A stretch of 64,000 nucleotides of DNA from positions 63,364,001 through 63,428,000 of the forward strand of contig OX597824.1 of NCBI GenBank assembly GCA_951406725.2, given 5' to 3'. Source of the DNA: Octopus vulgaris (lineage: Eukaryota). The notes under the pieces are model-generated. The model had not been told where the DNA came from and searched no databases. It saw only the letters and a program-made list of their open reading frames with translations. A program made the position numbers and the translations under genes. Below are positions 27,375-42,066 of this stretch, piece after piece; position 1 is the stretch's first letter; every line of letters begins with the position of its first letter.

Positions 27375-27599
27375 TATATATAATAAATACCGTACGACCA
27401 ATACAACGTGCACATTTAGATTAGCCCTTAAGCTATTGAAATACTCATGAGGGTTAAATTCTCTGTATAGATAACCTCAATATTTCACTGGATTTACTTC
27501 GGTACCCATGATATTTATTCGACTAAAGGTGTTGTTTACAAGTTAATTCGACCCAACTTGATGCTAGTCATTTAAGTATATGATTCATTTGACTCCTTA

Positions 27600-27654
<55 letters not shown>

Positions 27655-27766
27655 ACACACACGCACACACACTAACACACACACACACACATATATATAT
27701 ATGAGTATGTATATTTGTATGTATTGGACTATTCTATTCATTCTCTCACGACACTTTTTCCTCTTT

Positions 27767-27790
27767 CTAACGAAGTGCTATGCTCGAAAC
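27767..27790 (+). ncRNA. Degenerate hammerhead-like core
   Basis: CTAACGA-A-GTGC-TAT-GCTC-GAAAC; its defects differ from those of 17301-17324. Confidence 0.45.
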
Positions 27791-27916
27791 TTCACCCTTA
27801 CCTCCTGTTTTCATCTGAAACTTTATCTGAGTATCAGTTCAATATCATATTTACTATGTACATCCTTTTGAACTTTTGTCGTTTTTCATGTTTTTGTCTG
27901 TATTTATGATTTGCCC

Positions 27917-28004
<88 letters not shown>

Positions 28005-28359
28005 ATGTGCGTATATACAGATTCACACATACGGCGAGTAATCTGCTGTTCGGAATTATGAGCAAATACGTGTACAAAGCACAAATAAATGTTGAGTTAT
28101 ATGGTATTAGCAAAGCCGCCAAAATTCAAAGTGCCACTCCTGCTCACCTAACTGTTGAGGCAATAAATTAGCCACGACAGGAAACACTGAAGAACGTTCA
28201 ATACCGTTTCCAATAATCCGAAGTTTAGCAATTCATCTACTTTTTACTCCGGAGAAACAAACAAATAAAATAACCCTTTCTAATCTATAATCTCCCAAAT
28301 CAATCCACTTAATCAGTGACTCATTAAATAAGTAGATAATCCACTAAATAAATGGATAT

Positions 28360-28712
28360 TGCAGAGAAGTTGTGTGGTAAGAAGCTTACTTCTCTGCCAC
28401 ATGGTCCAGAGTTCAGTCCTCCGGTTTGGAAACTTAGGAAAGTATTTTCTGTTATAGTCTCAGCCCGACCAAAATCTTTATTGGATTTGGTAGAATGAAA
28501 TTAAAAGAAGCCTGTCGTACATATATATGTATGTATATCTATGTGTGCGTGTCTTTCTGCCTGTGTTAGTCGCCCAACCATCGGTGTTGGTATGTTTGCA
28601 TCCCCGTTTAAAAAATAAGTACAGGGGTCGATTCGATCGACTAAAAATATAATGCTGTACTCCAGCATGGCTGAAGTCTAATGGCTGAAAAAGTAAAATA
28701 TAAGAAAAGAAA
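28360..28712 (+). mobile_element. SINE family A, decayed
   Basis: gtgtggtaagaagcttact...gagttcagtcc...gaagcctgtcgta...ctccagcatggctg. Confidence 0.75.
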
Positions 28713-29417
28713 AGATACTTTTAAACAGTTAGTCTACACACTCCATAATAAAAACAACTAATCTGCCAAGAAGCATCATGTAACGCCGGAAGTTCTCTTT
28801 CGTGGTGTACCAAATAATCTATGCGCCCACAGGAATGATACGGTTTGGTGTCATTCATTCGAATCCATATTAATGATTTCTTGCATGGTTAACTTTGCAA
28901 ATAAAGTTATTTTTAAATACAGCCTCACTATATATAAAAGTTATGTTGGTGACAAGTATTTCAGACAACCAGTAATTATGTGGTTATTTGTTTAAGACCA
29001 AATGTTTTACCAAACAAAGCAAACTTTTTAATGAAAATTTGGATATCGGAGAATTTCATACTCTGTAATAAAGATTGTTTCGTTTTACAAGTATAAGTTC
29101 TTTTTTTTATTTTTTACATTTTTGTTTTAGCTATCGATTTTTTTTTTGTCAAATCACACATATAGACACATATACACAGATATACACAAACACATACAAA
29201 CAAAAAGATACACACACATACACATAATTAAAATCATAACACAATGTACTAAATTTATTCGCCAATTCTTTCTTGAGAGGTCAAAAATTTGGACTCTTCG
29301 AGAAAAGAATTAAAAGTGTATCTGACCTTATTCTGTTTCCACTTGACAAATACGCACACGCAGAAACAGACACAGACATATTTAATTACTCGGATTTATA
29401 GATGTGTGTGTGCGTGC

Positions 29418-29455
<38 letters not shown>

Positions 29456-30214
29456 AAATGTGTGTGTGTTTTTGTGTGTTTGTGTGTGTGCGTGTTTGTG
29501 TGCCTATGTTCGTGTGTGTGTGTATGTATGTGTGCGTGTTTGTGTGTTTCTCTCTGCACCCGTGTGTGAATGAATGGAGAAGAGAAAGAAAGAAATGCTC
29601 AACACGTTTGGTTGGAGCTATTTGTTATTAATTCCAGTTTGACTCCGCGCCCCATCACTTTATGTTTCGTAAGCGCAGGACACGCTTACATCATCTGATT
29701 TCCTGAAACATATAGGTATCATAGACCTACGAATCTTTGAGTACCATGGAGGTAGGTCAAACTGTTATATAAAATGTGTGTATGTCTCCGTGTACCCGTG
29801 CGTACGCGTGCGAGTGTGTGTATGTCGGGAGTTGAATGGTTTGAAAATATCCCATAATAACTGTATAACCTCTTCTTTGAAGAAGAGTTTGCCTATGTAG
29901 ATTTTAATTTTATTTACGTATCAATTAATGCCTAAATTGAAGTCCTAAGATCCCACCACCGAATACATTAAGATAGTTGAAATGTAGCCGATGTACTACA
30001 ACCGGATTTACTAATTAAATTTACGGTGTCCAAATCAGCTTTCACTTGTAGGACATCGTGAGAATACGTTTGAATAAGAAGTGTTTGTATATGAAATCAT
30101 TTCAATATCTATGTGCTTCAAGTGTCACAGTTGGAGATCATTCAGTAAAATTACCTACGTCCTCAGAGAAGAGACATCTTGTCCTGCAATAATAAATATT
30201 ACTTCAAGACAGAA

Positions 30215-30438
30215 ACTGATCAAATTTTGGCACAACACCGGGAATTTCGAGAAAGGGGCGGGTCGATTACATCGACTCCAGTGCCCAATTGGCATTTAAT
30301 TTATCGACCTCAAAAGGCAAAGTCGACCTTGACAGAATTTGAATTCGGAACGTAAGAACGGACGAAATGCCAGTACGCATTTTGCTAGGCGTACTATTTT
30401 GCTAGCTAGCGGCCTTAGTCAATAATAATAATAATAAC

Positions 30439-30470
<32 letters not shown>

Positions 30471-31390
30471 TAATAATAATAATAATAATAAATAATAATA
30501 ATAATAACAGCAACAGCAGCAACAATAATAGTCCTGTCTATTATAGGTACAACACCTGAAATTTCGCGGGTGAGGAGCAGTCGATTACATCGACTCCAGT
30601 TCTTGAGTGCTAGTTATTTCATCGACCCCGAAAGATGAGAGGCAAAGTCGACCTCGGCGGAATTTGAACTCAGAATACAGCGACGGCCAACATACCTCTA
30701 AGCACTTCGTCCATCGTGCTAACGCTTCTGCCAGTTCGCTGCCTTAATAATAACAATAATAATAGTTTCAAATTTTGGCACAAGGCCAATAATTTCATGA
30801 GGAGGGTGTAAGTCGAATACATCGACCACATCACTCAACTGGTATTTGTTTTATGAACTCCGAAAAAGATTGAAAGCAAAGTCGACCTCCGCAGAATTTG
30901 AACGCAGAACGCAAAGACGGACGAAATGCCACTAAACATTTTGATCGGCGTGCAACAATTCTTTTCTACTCTAGGCACAAGGCCCTACATTTTTGGGAAG
31001 GGGGACAGTCGATTAAATCAATCCAATACGCAACAGGTATTTAATTTATCGGCCCCAAAAGGATGAAAGGCAAAGTCCACCTCGGCGAAATTTGAACTCA
31101 GAACGTATAGACAGACGAAATACCACTAAGCATTTCGCCCGGCGTAATAACGTTTCTTATTTCTTTATTGCCCACAAGGGGCTAAACATATAGGGGACAA
31201 ACAAGGACAAATGCAGGGATTAAGCCGATTACATCAACTCCAGTGTGTAACTGGTACTTAATTTATCGACCTCGAAATGATGAAAGGCAAAGTCGACCTA
31301 GGCGAAATTTGAACTCACAACGTAACGGCAGACGAAATGCCGCTAAGCATTTCCCCCCTACGTACCAACGTTTCTGTCATCTCACCGCCT
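30215..31390 (-). mobile_element. Head-to-tail array of ~5 SINE family C copies with (AAT)n spacers
   Basis: aggcaaagtcgacct...aatttgaactcagaa repeated at ~30315, 30640, 30875, 31068 and 31285. Confidence 0.85.
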
Positions 31391-31942
31391 TCGGCGTGCA
31401 ACAATTCTGCCACCTCGACGCTTTCTTTAATACAGATATCAGTGGAAACAGTTGTTACCAATAACCAGTAGTTTATATAAAACGAATCATAGCAGTTCCT
31501 AATCACCCAACAGAAGCGTATCAATGATTTTAATGTTTACAAAATGGATCTAACTTTATTGATTTCGGAAGTTTACATTCATTTCTTGCAGCATTTATTA
31601 ATTTTTCACCTCGCAGTAATGTTCTGCAATATATTAACTTTTATTTTATTTTCTTTCTAGAAATATCCATCACTCTAAAATTGCTTTTTTGTTTAAAAAA
31701 AAATCAATAAACGTTTTACTTCTTAAAATATTTGTAGTTTTGCCTGAAGTGGACAACATTATGTTGTTGAGAGAGGAGACTTAGAGATTAGAGGAAAATA
31801 TTTCATACTGACGACGGAAACAGAAAAAAATGTCATTTATGGGATGGAACTAATAAAAGGATAAAAAGGTTAAGCGATAGAAAATAAGAATGCGTACGTG
31901 TAAGTATGTATGTATATATATATATATATACGTATATGTGTG

Positions 31943-31978
<36 letters not shown>

Positions 31979-32007
31979 TGGCCTATTATGGCCGTTCCTT
32001 GATTGTG

Positions 32008-32038
<31 letters not shown>

Positions 32039-32164
32039 TATGTGTGTATATGCATACACACACACACACACATATATAAATATATGTATATATGTGTAAA
32101 TATGAATATTCTATATATCTATATACTGATTCATACACAAATACATAAATACATGCATGCATAA

Positions 32165-32222
<58 letters not shown>

Positions 32223-32375
32223 TTTAGAGTCTTTGTTTTCCAAAGATTTATGAGTGCAAACTATAGTAATTTCAATTTTGCTTTCCCCTCGTATATTATT
32301 CTTACTGAACGAATAGTTCATTTGAAGTACTTCAGCCTGGTAAATCATTTAACTTATGTTTTCAGTAATATACAC

Positions 32376-32527
<152 letters not shown>

Positions 32528-32999
32528 TCACACACATATATATATAAATGCCATTATATTACATTATATTTAGTTATTTATTGTAATTTTCTGGTTTCAC
32601 AAAATCATTCGATTACTATGTAAGAAGCATTAGAAATTTCCTAGCAAACACATAATCTCTTTTATATTTTTTACATTTCAGTACATTAACATTGATTTAT
32701 GATTGCTCTGGAGCATACAAATTAGGAATCTATTGAAATCTTATAAGAGAATTAAATCTCCTCTAATTATGTTACCCCTCAATATATATTTTTCTACTTA
32801 CATCTTGTAATAGTGATTTCTTTTTATCTTATTGACTGGACTGATCAAATACCATAACATCCGATGTGTTTAACCATTTCCATTTTAGAAGAGGTACTGT
32901 GTATATTTTTTAGATTAGCAGACTCATGGTATATCTGGCAGAGATTTTATTTAAATGACATTCTTAAACATCGGAGAAAGCCACTTAGAAATGAAGACG

Positions 33000-33480
33000 A
33001 ATGGAACGAGTTTACTTTAGAGTTCAGGTTAAAATAAGGAGTAAAACATGAGATTGAAGAAGGACTTTGAGAGATTTTTAAAAAAGCTACAGTCGTAGAA
33101 AGACTTCCTTCTTCGTAGAAGCACAGCAGCATTTAGATGAAGACTGTATCAGTTTTGAGTCAGGTGAGATGGCACAAAATGATCTGGAACTAAGAGAAAG
33201 AGCCCTTTATGCGGTAGTAACGACAGAAAAGACTAAGTCTGATAAGTCTGGCGGCGTCAGGTCCCAGTAACAGTGGTTGCTGAGTTGAAGCAAAAGAGAG
33301 ATCAGTCACATTAGAGACTTGTCTCTTAACCCAGAGAGGAGATCCAAGTGACAAGATGGAGCAATCTCCCATATATAACAACAGCATTCCATACAAAGAC
33401 GGGTTGTAGGCTTATAAGGATACAATATGGCCTCGGATGTAAAGTAGTCCTTTGATATGTTCGGAGATTGCATTCTCGTA
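33000..33480 (-). mobile_element. Old LINE ORF2 C-terminal remnant (CR1/Zenon-like)
   Basis: Frameshifted translation YFTSEAILYPYKPTTRLCMECCCYIW...HLDLL..VKRQVSNV...QPL...LSLFCRYY resembles the LYK..IRP.MEYC..IW...LSLFYRYY motif series. Confidence 0.6.
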
Positions 33481-33503
33481 GTTTGCTGATTTAAGCAGAT
33501 CAC

Positions 33504-33810
33504 AGGTTATACTATAACAGCAGGAACAACATGACACACTAAATAGGTTATAACATGTTCAGCGTAAAGCATTGCAGCAATTTCAATTAACTACAGCATG
33601 TCAATGTGTGAATTATGGTCCTTGGTTAGATCGAAGCATTAAGTTATTTGAACGCCTATCAAAAAGCCTGCCTAATCCTTTCATACATTGTGCAATATAT
33701 CTGCTTTATTAGAACTGTCATGCCGGGTTATACTATAACAGCAGGAACAACACGACACACTAAATAGGTTATAACATGTCCAGAGTAAAGCATTGCAGAT
33801 TTCAATTGAC
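33504..33810 (+). repeat. Direct repeat of ~86 bp (33504-33590 and ~33726-33810)
   Basis: ggttatactataacagcaggaacaaca(t/c)gacacactaaataggttataacatgt...gtaaagcattgcag in both copies. Confidence 0.9.
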
Positions 33811-34019
33811 AGATTGGGAATCAAAAAATTATTTGATTGTCTATATTTACAGTCAATTAGAAAAACATTAATGAATATTGATTTCTTTTGAGGAGACACA
33901 ATGGAAATACTTTTGCCTGAAAGTTATGCATTCACTCCTTGACCATTTATTTAGTTTACTCTCAGAATATTTTTTTATTGTATAGGACCCAGTCAACAGG
34001 AATTTAATATATAAACGAA

Positions 34020-34404
34020 CTAGCAGTATCGCCCGGCGTTGCTCAGGTTTGTAAGGGAAATAACTATAAAGCATTTTTAGAGAGTTATAGCCAAAAAATT
34101 GCAAAAAAATGGAAAAAAATGACGGTAAATTTTTTTTTGAGAGTTAAAAAAGGATGGAGTTGCGTCCCCTAGACAGTTTGTGGTTCGTGTTTCTGATTCT
34201 CGACCCCATGTCGAATTTATCGATTTTTTTCAGAACTGGGGAAACTTTTCAAAATTTTGGCTGCGTTAGTTTTGAATTATGACATTGGGCTATGTGTGTG
34301 TCAAGTTTCATCAGAATCGGTTGAAAGCCGTGGTCAGGGTGAGGGTACAAGCAATCAGACACACAGAAACACGCACAGACAAACTGCCGTTTATATATAT
34401 ACGA
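34020..34404 (-). mobile_element. Non-autonomous Helitron
   Basis: Minus strand: 5' TC..TATATATAAACGG; 3' CCTGAGCAACGCCGGGCGATACTGCTAG, near-identical to the 3' end of 9583-9954. Confidence 0.8.
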
Positions 34405-35461
34405 ATAATAAATCACTTTGATCACTACTACCTTGTTCTTGGATATGATTTGTGTATTTCACAAAGTTGAAGATATTGGAATCAGTTCCGCAGCTTCCTT
34501 GTTGCAAACGTTGTTTTCTGCATGCATTAATTTTGCAGATGTTTAGATTGGACAACGGCTGATTCAATCGCATCAGCCTAGAAGGATGCGCAAGAAACCC
34601 TTCCTACCGCTCTCACCTACCTCATCTAACGTGATATTAAATGCCCTGCTCTGCTTGATATACATTCTCTGAAAACGCTAGGGTTTCTGGAAAATAGTAA
34701 ACTAGAGAAACCTGTGACATTTCCAAAGAGCGACTGTGGCGGCCATCTTAGCGGATACCTTACCGTACTCAGTTTCGACACACCTTTTCATACACAGCTG
34801 CACATACTTTCCAAAATATCAACCATTATGTATACGCCTCTTCGAAGACAATAGTACAGACACAGCTATAGATATTCTCCAGTAAAACATCGCAAAGCAT
34901 ACACTAACACATACACAACTACACATATATTACTTGACATGCTGATGCAAACTCTACAACACATTCACATTTGCAAACACTCACGCTAAAATATAAACAT
35001 ATACAAAACTATACAAACAACTACACACACTCATACACACAAGCACACATACAAAACCACATACACACATACATACGGCCCAATACTTACTCAACTACAC
35101 ATATACACACCATTGCGAGCGTATTAGGCAGATTCTTTGCCGTCGGTTGACTTGCTAGAAATACCAGCTAAATTTATTTGAAATCACATTCTGCTGTCTT
35201 CGAAAATGGATGAGTGCACTGGATAATGTCCTGGTCATATGTAAAAAGATGCAATGCTCATAACTGAAATCACTTTCATTATCGGTTCCTCAATCCAACG
35301 TCACCTGCTTTGACAAACAATACGAACCTACACCACTAGCCACGCATACATACATACCACTAAACACAATTATATAAACATCTAACTGCATTCTCAGCAT
35401 ATCTTAGTATATACAATACAATAGATACATCGTCAATTCTCAGCCTTATATGCATACATCA

Positions 35462-35550
<89 letters not shown>

Positions 35551-36804
35551 GATTAACTAAAGAGACAAAATATGTTTTATTATGCTTATTATGTTTATAT
35601 ACAGGGATCTAGTTGCGAGTCAGAAATTCCCTGCGTTTAGCGGAGCGGTGTCAACTTTACAGTTGTATCCTGTGAAATTTGTAGTTTAGCGTCTGACCAG
35701 TTCATTGTAGGTTTCTAAAGAAACAGAAATACATAATAAAATCAACATGTATAATCTTACTGTTTCTTTTGTCTCTTCATTGTGTGTGTATGTGAAAAGG
35801 GGTCATCGGCTGTATTCAAAACTTCAAAGTTGAGTAGCGTTTTCTTGCTTGGATTTGTAAACTACGATCAGAATAACACTGGTCAACAAAGAATTTATCC
35901 CGAGGAAAAGAATACCTGTATCTTATACGCTTTTGCACGCATAATTCAAAAATAATGTCAAATTATCTTTATTACTCACAGTTTCTCTGTTCCACTATAT
36001 CCATTTTAGTTCCTGTTACATGGGCTAAATTTCAGTTAAGCTGTTGAAATGTGATGCTAATGGTTTAAGAAATACTCCTAATTTAAATTTTTATGAATAG
36101 AATTAACCTAATACAAATCATAAATCCAGATATCTGAGTTAATGAGTCCCAAAAATATATGAAATGAAAAATATGTAAAAATACTAACATACAGAAAGAG
36201 TACAGAAAATACTAACACACAGAAGCACAAAAATACGTAATATACTAACACACAGAAAAATTTAAACAAAACACGCGGGTGAAAAGAATCTCGTGGTTTG
36301 AAGATTCAAGTGTGAAAAATTAACGTAGACCACAGCAGCACAGACAACAGTGAACCACAACACAGTGCGCGTTCGTCATGGTAATAAGCTGCTAATGCCA
36401 CACTGTCTGCCGATTGGCTAAAATTACCCAAATTTCTCAACTTTAATTCCAAATAACATCAGATTCTTTAATTTATGAGATAAATAAATTGGTTGATCGT
36501 AATCAAAATTCAAAGCTGCATCGATGCACCAAAATTGAAAGCAATCTGAGCAAAATTAAGAGGGGCTCATTTTGCGAATGAGGAAGACTAGATTCATATA
36601 CAGTTATATATGTTGGTATATGCCACTTTAGAATGCACTTTAGAATGTAACTAATATATGCTAACAAAAAGTTACAGGTGGAAAACTAACGAGGCAGTAA
36701 AACCACATAGACCTAGATGGGAATCTATGCATGTCTGTATGTGTAAGTGTAAGTATATGTGTGTGTGCGTGTATACATATCTGTGTGTGTGTTTATATAG
36801 ATAT

Positions 36805-36854
<50 letters not shown>

Positions 36855-37433
36855 GTGTATGTTTGTGTATATATATCTAGAACAGTGTGTGTGTATGTAT
36901 ATGTGTATGTGCGCACATGTAGGAGTGTTGGCATAATGTATAGGTGTATGTACATGTGTGCGTGTGTACGTGCAGATGTATGTATATAAGTAGATATACG
37001 TGCTTGTGTGTGTCCAGTCATCTACCGTTGATGAATGTACCATCGACCCGACTTGATATAGATACAGAATGCATAAAATATGTCTACACCCTGCCCTAAT
37101 CTTTAAAGTAACTCTGATGATAGACCTTTGTAGTTATCTTCCGACCATAAATTGTAGGAATTAAGACAGAAATTGGCCAAGTGGGCGGAGATGTCACGTC
37201 TCTCTATGGGTGTATGTGCGGATATGCGTATGTGTGAATGTATGTGTATATGCCTATACGCATCCCGACCAAGGTTAACAAGTAGACCAACCCTTTCGCC
37301 CTCTAGACACTTTCGCTTGTATATATATATTTGCTTTTTTCTTTTCTCTTCCTTCTTCTAGTACGGATGGGTCGAAAGGATCGTCGTACAAAATAAAGAT
37401 TAATAGTAAATCCATCTCCTGGTTACCTAATCA

Positions 37434-37524
<91 letters not shown>

Positions 37525-37639
37525 CATTATTATTATTATTATCATTATTATTATTATTATTATTATTATTAAATTGTAGCAATGCTTCATTCCCTAACTC
37601 GACGGGAAAATAACACCATGGCCGCCCAAACTCAAGATC

Positions 37640-38035
<396 letters not shown>

Positions 38036-38729
38036 ACGATAGCCTGTGGTCCTCGTTGTTTTTTTTCTTCTTCAAGCTATGTGACGTAATTAGCAAAGTG
38101 CATTCCAGAAATACGAAACAATAAAATAGCAAAAATGAAAACTATAAAAAAATGTCAATCAGATTTTTCTGCAATATTTGATAATCAAGACATCTATTTC
38201 AGAGGATGTGAACTGTGGAAGAAACTGACCTCATATTATAAATCTGAATGATATGTAGGCAGTCGTGTCACCCATAGCTTTATAGTTTATCAACCATGAT
38301 ATTAATGATATATTTTGTTACTGTATTTCAGACTTTGTAAATCGTTGTTGTTGTTTTTGTTATTGATGATGATGACGATGATGATGATGACGATAATGAT
38401 GATGATGATTGTTTTATTATTCTCATCTGTTGCTTTCGTCGTCATCGTCGCCTTTGTTGCTGTTTGATATGTTCCAGATTTCACCGGTTCGATCACTTCT
38501 GTGTTTCAACACGTTACGATCCTGAAAACCAAAGTGAATCAAGGACTAAAGACCTTCTGCTTAAGCGAAACTTCTCTAGAAACTTATCTAGAAATAACAA
38601 CCAAATACTGATCAATTACGTTTCTAAAATAGGATACATTGCATAATTAGCTTTAGAAAAAATGGGTCTGAAAAAAAGAATAAGAAATCGACAGCCACGT
38701 TCGAAACAGCTTCCTGCTAACACACACAC

Positions 38730-38796
<67 letters not shown>

Positions 38797-38849
38797 CACA
38801 CGCACACACACGCACACATATGTATATATGTATGTATGTATATATAAAG

Positions 38850-39619
38850 TATTTGAGGACATACATTTTTTGGGTCATTACTGCATTTTTTGCAAACGCT
38901 GTATAATCTTTGTTTCAGAAAATAATAATGGCACACCTTCAACTTACTTAAGAAATGAAGGGGTATGCTGTTATTTTGGTTATAAAGGCTGAGCATAGCG
39001 ATTTAGAAAATATCTTAAGTTTTAAAAGTTGCCAGATCCTTCATCTACAAAGGTTGTAAAAAGTTACAGACTGAAGTATGGAAACGTATCACCAGTATCA
39101 AAGCATAAAAAGCATTCTAAATGCTCTGAAATCATCGGAACACCTGAAATTATCCAACAAGTTCAACAGACCATTGATTACTAACTCAGAAAGTACTCTG
39201 TACTATCACACATGGCTCTAGCATCACAGGAATGGATGGCTGAAAATTTTCATGATCACATAGCCCCTAAGATTTGGTCTCCTAATTCCCCAGATCTCAA
39301 CTATTGGACTTTTACATGTGGAGTGTTGTTGAGAGAGGGGTCAATGAACACACCCATAACACCAAAGATTCTTTGAAAGCTGCCATAGTTGGAAGTAATG
39401 TCCATAATGAATCAGGAGCACTTGATTCGAGCATATAGATGATTTCGTTCTCATATTGAAGCAGTTGTTGAAACTGAAAGTGGCTTTATTGAATAACATT
39501 ATTGAAAAGAAGCTTTATTTTCATACTCATAACATTTTTTGATAAAGTTATTATGTTATTATATATCTGTTTTTTATAAACATAAATCACATTTGTCCTT
39601 AGCTATCTAACACACCCTG
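38850..39619 (+). mobile_element. Internally deleted Tc1/mariner (maT/DD37D-like) element
   Basis: Remnant translation MAHLQLT...WMAENFHDHIAPKIWSPNSPDLN...HNTKDSLKAAI...IEAVVETESGFIE*; right end CACACCCTG-TA. Confidence 0.8.
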
Positions 39620-39631
39620 TATGTATAAATA

Positions 39632-40500
39632 CAGGGCGTGGTGAATGAACTATCCTCTAAATTACGCAATATTGAAAATAACACTGATGTCTCATTTTAA
39701 AAGATATATTTGTCAAAATTACATAAAAATATCTTGAAATACTAAAATGTAAATTTATTCAATAAAATTGCCATTGTCTTCAACCACGGCCTCCAGACAA
39801 CTTTGGAATCTCCTGCAACTCTTCTGGACGGTCTCCTTGTTTAAGTTGGTGAATGCTGCCATAATTCTTGCTTTGAGTTCATCTTTGATGTTACAAGGAG
39901 TTTTGTTGGTCTCGTTCAACTGTACCCCATACATAATAAACAAGGGGGTTGCAGCCTTGTGAGTTAGGTATCCAGGTGTTAGGGGTGATATGATGACAGA
40001 AATTGTCTGACAGTCATGACTGACCTCTCCTGCTTCTGTGGCATGGGGAAGAGTCTTGTTGCCAGACATAGGGTCTTCCAGCAGCCACCCTATTGACGCA
40101 GGGCAGTACTAGCTCCTCCAGGCACTTGATGAAGGTCTCTGTGTTGTGCGTGATGCTGCGTGGGAAGATGAATGGAGGCCATTACTAGTGTGATAACTCC
40201 AAACATCATGATGACGACTTGGATGTTTTATTTTTGTCACTCTCGATACATGCACTGTTCTCAGATTGATTCCCAGTCACTCTGAAATGTTTGTATTGGA
40301 CCTTCTTGTGTGAATGCCAAGCTGTACAGCATGTTGTTTCCAAATTTATGCGAGAGTGAATTGCGTCATGGTGCTGTTTTTGTCGCAAAAGGTACCCAAA
40401 TGACACTACCATACTGTGTAGTCGACAAAGTCAAAAGCAAACAATGAGCATGCACGAAATTAAAAAATATAAAATGGCGACAATTTACCCATCACACCGG
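39632..40500 (-). mobile_element. Internally deleted Tc1/mariner (maT/DD37D-like) element
   Basis: TA-CAGGGCGTGGTG ... CCCATCACACCGG-TA; C-terminus NKTPCNIKDELKARIMAAFTNLNKETVQKSCRRFQSCLEAVVEDNGNFIE*. Confidence 0.8.
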
Positions 40501-40506
40501 TATATG

Positions 40507-40547
<41 letters not shown>

Positions 40548-40663
40548 GTATGTATCTAAGTATGTATACATGCATGTATGTATATTTATATAAATACATA
40601 TATATGTACACTCAGTAATAGATACATAGACAGGCAGGCAGATATATAGACAGACAGACAGAC

Positions 40664-40725
<62 letters not shown>

Positions 40726-41326
40726 CTATCGAAGAAGCAAAAATGGAATTAATAGTTGTGAAAAATGCTTTGCAATAAATGATATTACATAAGGAGAGTG
40801 AAATAGAATTGTACAAGCAGGATGGAATTACAAATGAATACATTTGAAAGCTGCTTTTAAACAAAGGACATACTATTGACATATGACAGGCAACTGCGGC
40901 TCTCCAGCTACCATACGAAACGAAATACACTATTACAAATTAACATTACGCCAAAGGCAAAGTTGTGGTTATCTCAAAGTAAACCTTGAACGTGTAACAT
41001 CAACCACATCCTCCGACACCTAAACTTTCACCTCCCTTCTTAACCTCACTTGGCAGCTGGAGTTAAAACTATTCTAGGAATGTCTGTTATGTTTATGTAC
41101 TGATTATGTTATCAGTACAAAATGAAGGCCATCTACGTATCTATCAGCACTAGAGTGTGCTCCCGCATGTTGTGTGCATACATACATATATACATACATA
41201 CATACACACATACATACATACACACATACATACATACTTAAATACATGTATATATGTATACATGCATATATGTGCATATATGTAAATATATATATATATA
41301 TATACAAACATGTATATATGCATACA

Positions 41327-41923
41327 TCATCATCATTCATCATTGTTCGACCGTGGTCGAGACAATGGAATTTACCATGTTGCGCCAGACTTCACGGTCC
41401 ATCATAGCATTACGGAGGTCCTGTTGCTGGATGCCTGTATCCCTGGAGATTACATCAGGGTAGGAGAGTGTGCGCCCTCTGGTGTTGCGAGTAGATGGCT
41501 TCCAGAGGAGAAGAGTAGAAATTACTTTTTTCAGCTCTACAACAATGTCCAGCAAACTGGACTCTCCTACCCTTCACAAGAGATGACACAGGTGGTAATT
41601 TCCCATATATTTGCATTTTAGTTGGATGGCGCCTCCACGAGAGATTTTGAGCTCTCATAAGGAGGCGAGTGTAGGTTCCATCCAACCGTCTCTCAAGCTT
41701 CTTTGATAACGTCCAGGTTTCTGAGCCATATAGTAGGATTGGTTCGACTGTGGCTTTGAATATTTCAAGTTTGAAGTCTCTACTTAGATTTGATGACCAG
41801 ATCTTATGCATGTCATTACAGGCTGACCAGGCCATACCCTTTCTAGTTAGAAAGTCTTTTCCAGATGATATGTATGACCCAAGATATTTATAATCAGAAA
41901 CCATATTTAAAGGTGCATACACA
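41327..41923 (-). mobile_element. 5'-truncated RTE-clade LINE with (TGA)n tail and 13-bp TSD
   Basis: DYKYLGSYI...IFKATVEPILLYGSETWTL...RRVQFAGHC, one frameshift, ...AMMDREVWR...EQ*; TSD atatatgcataca at 41314-41326 and 41924-41936. Confidence 0.92.
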
Positions 41924-41939
41924 ATATATGCATACACTC

Positions 41940-41970
<31 letters not shown>

Positions 41971-42007
41971 CATATATCATATATATATATGTCGGCGTGT
42001 ATATATA

Positions 42008-42066
<59 letters not shown>

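Noticed and set aside
30135-30175. Minus-strand CUGAGGA-CGUAGG...UUUAC-UGAAU hammerhead-like motif
   Set aside because: GAAA is broken and helix I cannot form
31803-31845. CTGACGACGGAAAC minimal hammerhead-like string
   Set aside because: No helix II and an unconvincing helix I; expected by chance
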